A stretch of DNA of 64,000 bases from Lama guanicoe. Its lineage: Eukaryota. Below are positions 59,801 to 64,000 of this stretch, in pieces (positions within the stretch are counted from its first letter, which is position 1; each line of letters begins with the position of its first letter). The stretch lies in contig MU056303.1 in the NCBI GenBank assembly GCA_013239625.1, positions 6,504,049-6,568,048 of the forward strand, given 5' to 3'. The notes beneath the pieces are model-generated. The model saw only the letters and a list, made by a program, of their open reading frames with translations. It ran no database searches and was not told the origin of the DNA. The position numbers were made by a program, and so were the translations under genes.

Positions 59801-62800
59801 AACGGAACACCGAAAGGTCAAGGTCGAGAGAGCCTCCCTTTATTCTCTGTTCTCATGCTCCCATTACAATTGCCCAACAGCCTTCAGTGTCCCTGGTTAA
59901 GGAATGTGCACCATTTTTCACCTCCGTGCAGAGCCATATAACCCTCGCTGCTCCCCTCCTCCAAGGCGTGAAGAACCAGGGGATGTTCAGAAGTGATTTT
60001 ATGGTTGAAATAAATCCCGAGTCAGCTGTGGGGGTGTGTAGACTCTAGAATGTTCTAAGTCAAAATGCAAAGTGGTGGTGGAGGCATGGGAGGAGGTGGG
60101 AGAGGGGGAAGCCCTCTGGGGACCCTCCCAGACCTCATCTGATGGAAGGAAACCACAGAATAAGACGTTCCCATCCTTACCACCATCGGGGTTCACTTCC
60201 CCAAAGACCTGACCTCATCTCTCACGCTTGGAGCGAGTTTGCCAATCAAACTGCGGTTTTGTCATTTTCATCCATCCCAGATTAGAGTCGTGAGAAGGCA
60301 AAAAAGCATTAATTGAACCACTACTATATGCCAGGATGTGTTCTAACTAAGCATTTTATTGGTGTCAACCCATTTTATCTTTAAGCAGCTCCAGAGGTAG
60401 GCCATTCTTGCCTTTCCATATCACAGAAGTGGCAACGGAGAACAGAGTGATTAAGTGCCTTCCCCAGAGTCACACAGAGGTGAGCTCCCAGGCTGACTGG
60501 CTGCCCAGCCTGCTCTTAACCGCTATGTTTCATGCTCTGCTTCCTCAAGACCTAACCCCATGAGGTCGCCCTCACCTGCTTCATTTGCCCGGTATTCCTA
60601 AGGTCTAGCACAGTTCCCGGCACAGAGAGGGTGTTCATACATTTGACTGAATCAAGGAAGTGACCAGGGCTGCCAAGTGAGCCGAGGAACGTGAACACAC
60701 AATTTCCCTTAGGTTTTTAATATTTTAAGTGAAAACAGAGGGCCCCTGTTTACTCCCCTTGCAGACCCAGAAATTGGAAACCCATCTCTGCTTGACCAGT
60801 GAGGGAGCTGAGACTCACACTGACTTGGTCAAGGTGACGCAGCCAGAGACTAAAGCCCCGTCTCTGACAGCACGCAATGCTCTTTCCAGAAGTTACCCTG
60901 GACCACCTGTGCTCTGAGCCAGGGCATCACCGGGAGACCTGGACCTTCCAGACCGATGCTGTAGTCACCTGAAAAGACCCTTGTTCTGTCCCCTCTGCCA
61001 CCCTCTGCCATTCCAAGAGAAACATCAGCAAAAGAGGTCCTAAAGGATCCCGGAGTGGAGGCATTTCCAAAACGACCCCCGGAAGCCCCCAGGGTAAGGT
61101 TTATGGGGGAGGGAGGATCACCAGACTCACCTTCCTTCCCAAGGCTTTGCAGCCCCACTGCCAGTTCCTTTCCATGTTCCGGTACCAGTTTAGAGGACCC
61201 CTGGGAGGGGCAGATCAGGGAAGAAAAAGAGGAAAGCTTGAGCTACAGACCCCTCCCACCCCCCGGCAACCAGCTGCACAGAGCCGGTCTTCCTGGGAAG
61301 AGCAAAGGCTCCTGCAGCGGGAAGAGAACAGAGCCCGGGATCATGCCCTGTTGCCCCGCGCGCTCGCTGGGCTTTATCCATCACAGCCCAGCGCAGGCAC
61401 AGGGCCGGGCGGAGGGCTGACAGCCGCTGTAGCCGGCATCCAGCAACACCCAGACGCCAGCCCGACCGGACCGGACCCTCCACTTCCTCCCAGGGCTGTC
61501 TCGAAGGGGGGTGGGGAGCTTGAGCAGCCACAGCCATTCCCCTGCCCCAGGGAACCCACAGAAAAGGGACAAAGGGACACCGGGAGTCCCTTCCACCTAA
61601 TGGGCTGTCGGGAGGTGATGCAGAGGTGCCACCTCAGGACAGGCGGGGTGGCTCCAAGGCTGTACCTAGAACACCCCCCCATCCTCAGGCTTGGTGGGGG
61701 TTGGGGCTGTCCAGCCCTTGAGGTTTCCCCAGTGAAAAAGAGGGCCTTGAACGAGCCACGTGCCCTTCTGGGACTTCTAGTTTTCCCTCCTGTACACGGA
61801 AGGGCCAGATCTGATTACTTCTCCACTCCCTTCCTGAGCACATCTGTTCCCGAGTCTGAGACTCTTAAATTGTCACCCATGTTAAAAAAAAAAAAAGAGA
61901 GAGAGAGAGAGAAACTTAAGGAAGAGTTGCAATTGTGGTGCAGAAGACACTGGGCCGAAAGGGCCACCATGAGTGTTCACGGCCAAGGCTGCCACTCCGT
62001 GAACTTACAGGCGGGGCTGATGAAGCTGGGGCAGCTGTGGGTCTCCTTCTGCACCCCTGGGTCTAAATGAAGGATGGGGTGTGAAGAGAGATGCACAGGG
62101 AGAGGAGGAGGACGGAAATGCAGGAGCGCCCTCGAGGGACTTGTGAGCTTCAAAGATTCGTGATATCCAAGTATTTGAAGGACGATGAGGAAAAGGGGCT
62201 GTTAGAGTGATTCTTAGTGGTTCCAGGGCAGGGCCCAGAACCACAGCATGAAAACAGACCTGAGAAAAAGGAATGAAGTCCTGGCACAGACCACACCATG
62301 GACAAACCCGAGAACATTCTGAACGAAGGACGCCAAGCACCGGGGACCACATGGTGCAAGATTCCATTTGTGTGAGATGACCAGAATAGGCAGGTCCGGG
62401 GGCCGGAGAGCAGACTGGTGAGTGCCCAGGACTAGGGGACCGGGGGGGGGGTGACTGCAAAAGGGAACAGAGCTGCTTTTTGGGTGATGAAAACAGTCTA
62501 AAATGGATCGTGATGATGATGGCAGAGCTCCATGGAAAGATAAAAAATCGCTGAATTGTACTCTTTCAGTGGGTGAATTCTATGCTTTGTGAGTTAGAGC
62601 TCAGGAAAGTGTTAAATGTATAAATATGAGAGGTCTCTAGCCTGCCCTCCTCCCCCAACATGTATGCAATTTTTGAGTTTCTGTGGGTTTTTGTGTTTTT
62701 CTGAAGAGCTCAGAGCTGTCCTCTGATGCTCACAGAGGTCACGACTGAAAAAGGGTGAAAAACATCTGCACCGAGGGGGCCGCATAAGGGATAACAAACA

Positions 62801-63097
62801 GAACTCTCCAAACTACAGCAGGCTGAGTATCGTCAGATAGTGAGCCTCCCGACACTGGAGGCATTCAAGCAGGAGCTGGCCAGGAATTCATGGGGGCTGA
62901 GCCAGAGGGGCACTGGACCTCGCCCTGTACTGTGACAGCAGAGCACCCTCTCTGCTAACACTCTCTCTGGTGTTTGGGGCACTGTTCTCTTTACCTGAAA
63001 CCGGACTTCTTGAACTGCTGCACGTAGAACTGGATGTCCTCCTCGGTGACCATCCTGCTGAGGCTGGGCTCCTCTGGGGTGTTCACAAAGAGTCCTC
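56749..63097 (-). CDS. EPHX2: Soluble epoxide hydrolase, 3' partial CDS (last 5 exons): complement(join(56749..56827,56973..57031,58142..58222,61131..61200,62995..63097))
   Basis: GLFVNTPEEPSLSRMVTEEDIQFYVQQFKKSGFR-GPLNWYRNMERNWQWGCKALGRK-ILIPALMVTVEKDFVLVPELSKHMEDW-IPHLKRGHINDCGHWTQTEK-PTELNRILIEWLETDARDPPVVSKL*; catalytic Tyr, Asp and His motifs are present. Confidence 0.95.
56973..57031 (-). CDS. EPHX2: EPHX2 exon (18), with the CGHW catalytic histidine
   Basis: ttccag|IPHLKRGHINDCGHWTQTE..|gtaagg; 59 nt. Confidence 0.94.
58142..58222 (-). CDS. EPHX2: EPHX2 exon (17), with the EKD triad aspartate
   Basis: ILIPALMVTVEKDFVLVPELSKHMEDW|gtaagg; 81 nt. Confidence 0.94.
58463..58668 (+). mobile_element. 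L1 3' end
   Basis: TTTAAAAATTGTGAACCACTATATTGT...ATATTGTACAGCAACTATACTTCAATAAAA plus an A tail. Confidence 0.75.
58710..59530 (+). mobile_element. MER21-like LTR in an EPHX2 intron
   Basis: Starts TGTG; CACAGAGCTCCTGAAACCCTTG; GAGAGCTTCCAGGTTGGTGAAC; GGACTGGCATCTGAA. Confidence 0.65.
61131..61200 (-). CDS. EPHX2: EPHX2 exon (16), with the NWYRN tyrosine
   Basis: ctcccag|G GGT CCT CTA AAC TGG TAC...AGG AAG|gtgagt; 70 nt. Confidence 0.94.
62230..62610 (+). mobile_element. L1M 3' UTR fragment
   Basis: AAAAGGAATGAAGT...CATGGACAAACC...GATTCCATTT...TTTTGGGTGATGAAAAC...CTGAATTGTACTCTTT. Confidence 0.7.
62995..63097 (-). CDS. EPHX2: EPHX2 exon (15 by human numbering)
   Basis: tttttgcag|GAGGACTC...GGTTTCAG|gtaaag; 103 nt. 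Confidence 0.94.
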
Positions 63098-64000
63098 CTG
63101 CAAAAAGCCACGCCTTTCCTCTCCCATAGCCCGGGAGCAAGTGTCTGTGTTCTAATGCCAGCGTTCCCACTTGAGGTCAGGCACCTAACTGCCTCTCCCA
63201 TCCTGTCTGAACTCTCCTCACGCTCCTTCATTTGTGCTCTCTTTCCCACGATGACCCACTCAGTCTCGAGCTCCAAGTCCTTGCTCTTACTGTCATCCTG
63301 GAACCCGAGGGTATCACACACACAGGCTGTAACTTCTAGGACGAAACCTACCCCTCCTCTCCTTCGAACGCAGCGCAGTTCTAGGATGACACCCTTTTCC
63401 ATTTCTGGGCCCTGTCAGCCTCCAGCCATCCTCTCCCCTAGATGACACCTTTTCTAAATAGTTTAACAGTTATGTTCTTTTTTCAATATCTCCACTGAGA
63501 CTCTTGGAGTTTTCACAAGTCCATGCTCTGATTTTTGCCTTAGTCTAGAGGAAAATCCAGGACAAGGAAGAAAGCACGCTATTGCTCTCTGCAGGCTCAT
63601 GGACCCTTGATATGAAATTCTATCTTCTTTTCAGAGGCTACATGGTGTCCCTGAAGTCCCCAGGCCCTGTGGGGAGGGCAGCTCGTGATGGTGACTGACA
63701 GCCCAGGGACCAGTGCCTTTTCCTGGGCAACAGCCCCACGGGTATTAATGCTGGTGCATGAATGGGACCGGCGCACTATTTCTAAGCTCTCAGAGCCTCG
63801 CTGGTGGTACAGGTGCTCAGGAGATACATCAAAGGGGTATATGATCAGGGTTCCTCCCTTGCTCTCCATCCCCCTAGGCAGGTGTCCTGGCTGCTGCTGC
63901 TCAGGCTTCTGGGACCCCCCTCCCCACCAGCTCTCCTCCCTTTATTATTGCTTTCTGCTTCCTTAAGAGACTGGGGCTCCCTGAGGGCAAGGATTCTGCC

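Noticed and set aside
61147-62070. 307-aa + strand ORF
   Set aside because: Antisense to an EPHX2 exon and intron in GC-rich DNA, runs through an A/GA simple repeat, and has no recognisable domain.
63100-64000. Next upstream EPHX2 exon
   Set aside because: No matching short exon seen; it is presumably beyond the window edge.
1-64000. CRISPR array, operon-like or other wholly novel system
   Set aside because: No regularly spaced repeat-spacer array or unexplained gene cluster; the content is explained by three known vertebrate genes plus common repeats.

Overview
Mammalian genomic DNA, most likely camelid (inferred from tRNA-Ala-derived vic-1-like SINEs). It holds the syntenic block CLU(+) -><- GULO(-) <- EPHX2(-). 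I assembled the spliced genes by hand from GT-AG boundaries and reading frames. CLU (clusterin) is complete: non-coding exon 1 at a CpG island, 8 coding exons, 1338-nt CDS, 445 aa. GULO (L-gulonolactone oxidase) is complete and intact: 12 exons, 1323-nt CDS, 440 aa. EPHX2 (soluble epoxide hydrolase) is present only as its last five exons and runs off the right edge. The rest is introns and intergenic DNA with SINE, L1, L2/MIR, LTR and DNA-transposon relics plus microsatellites. Most entries in the ORF track are spurious or antisense shadows of real exons. I found no convincing wholly new biological system. The best leads are lineage-level differences: EPHX2 ends in a canonical peroxisomal signal (SKL), CLU has a variant proximal poly(A) signal and in-frame stops that block the N-terminally extended isoform, CLU exon 8 begins with a donor-like motif, and there are two perfect hairpins. 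Repeat family names and cross-species comparisons are from memory, not from searches.
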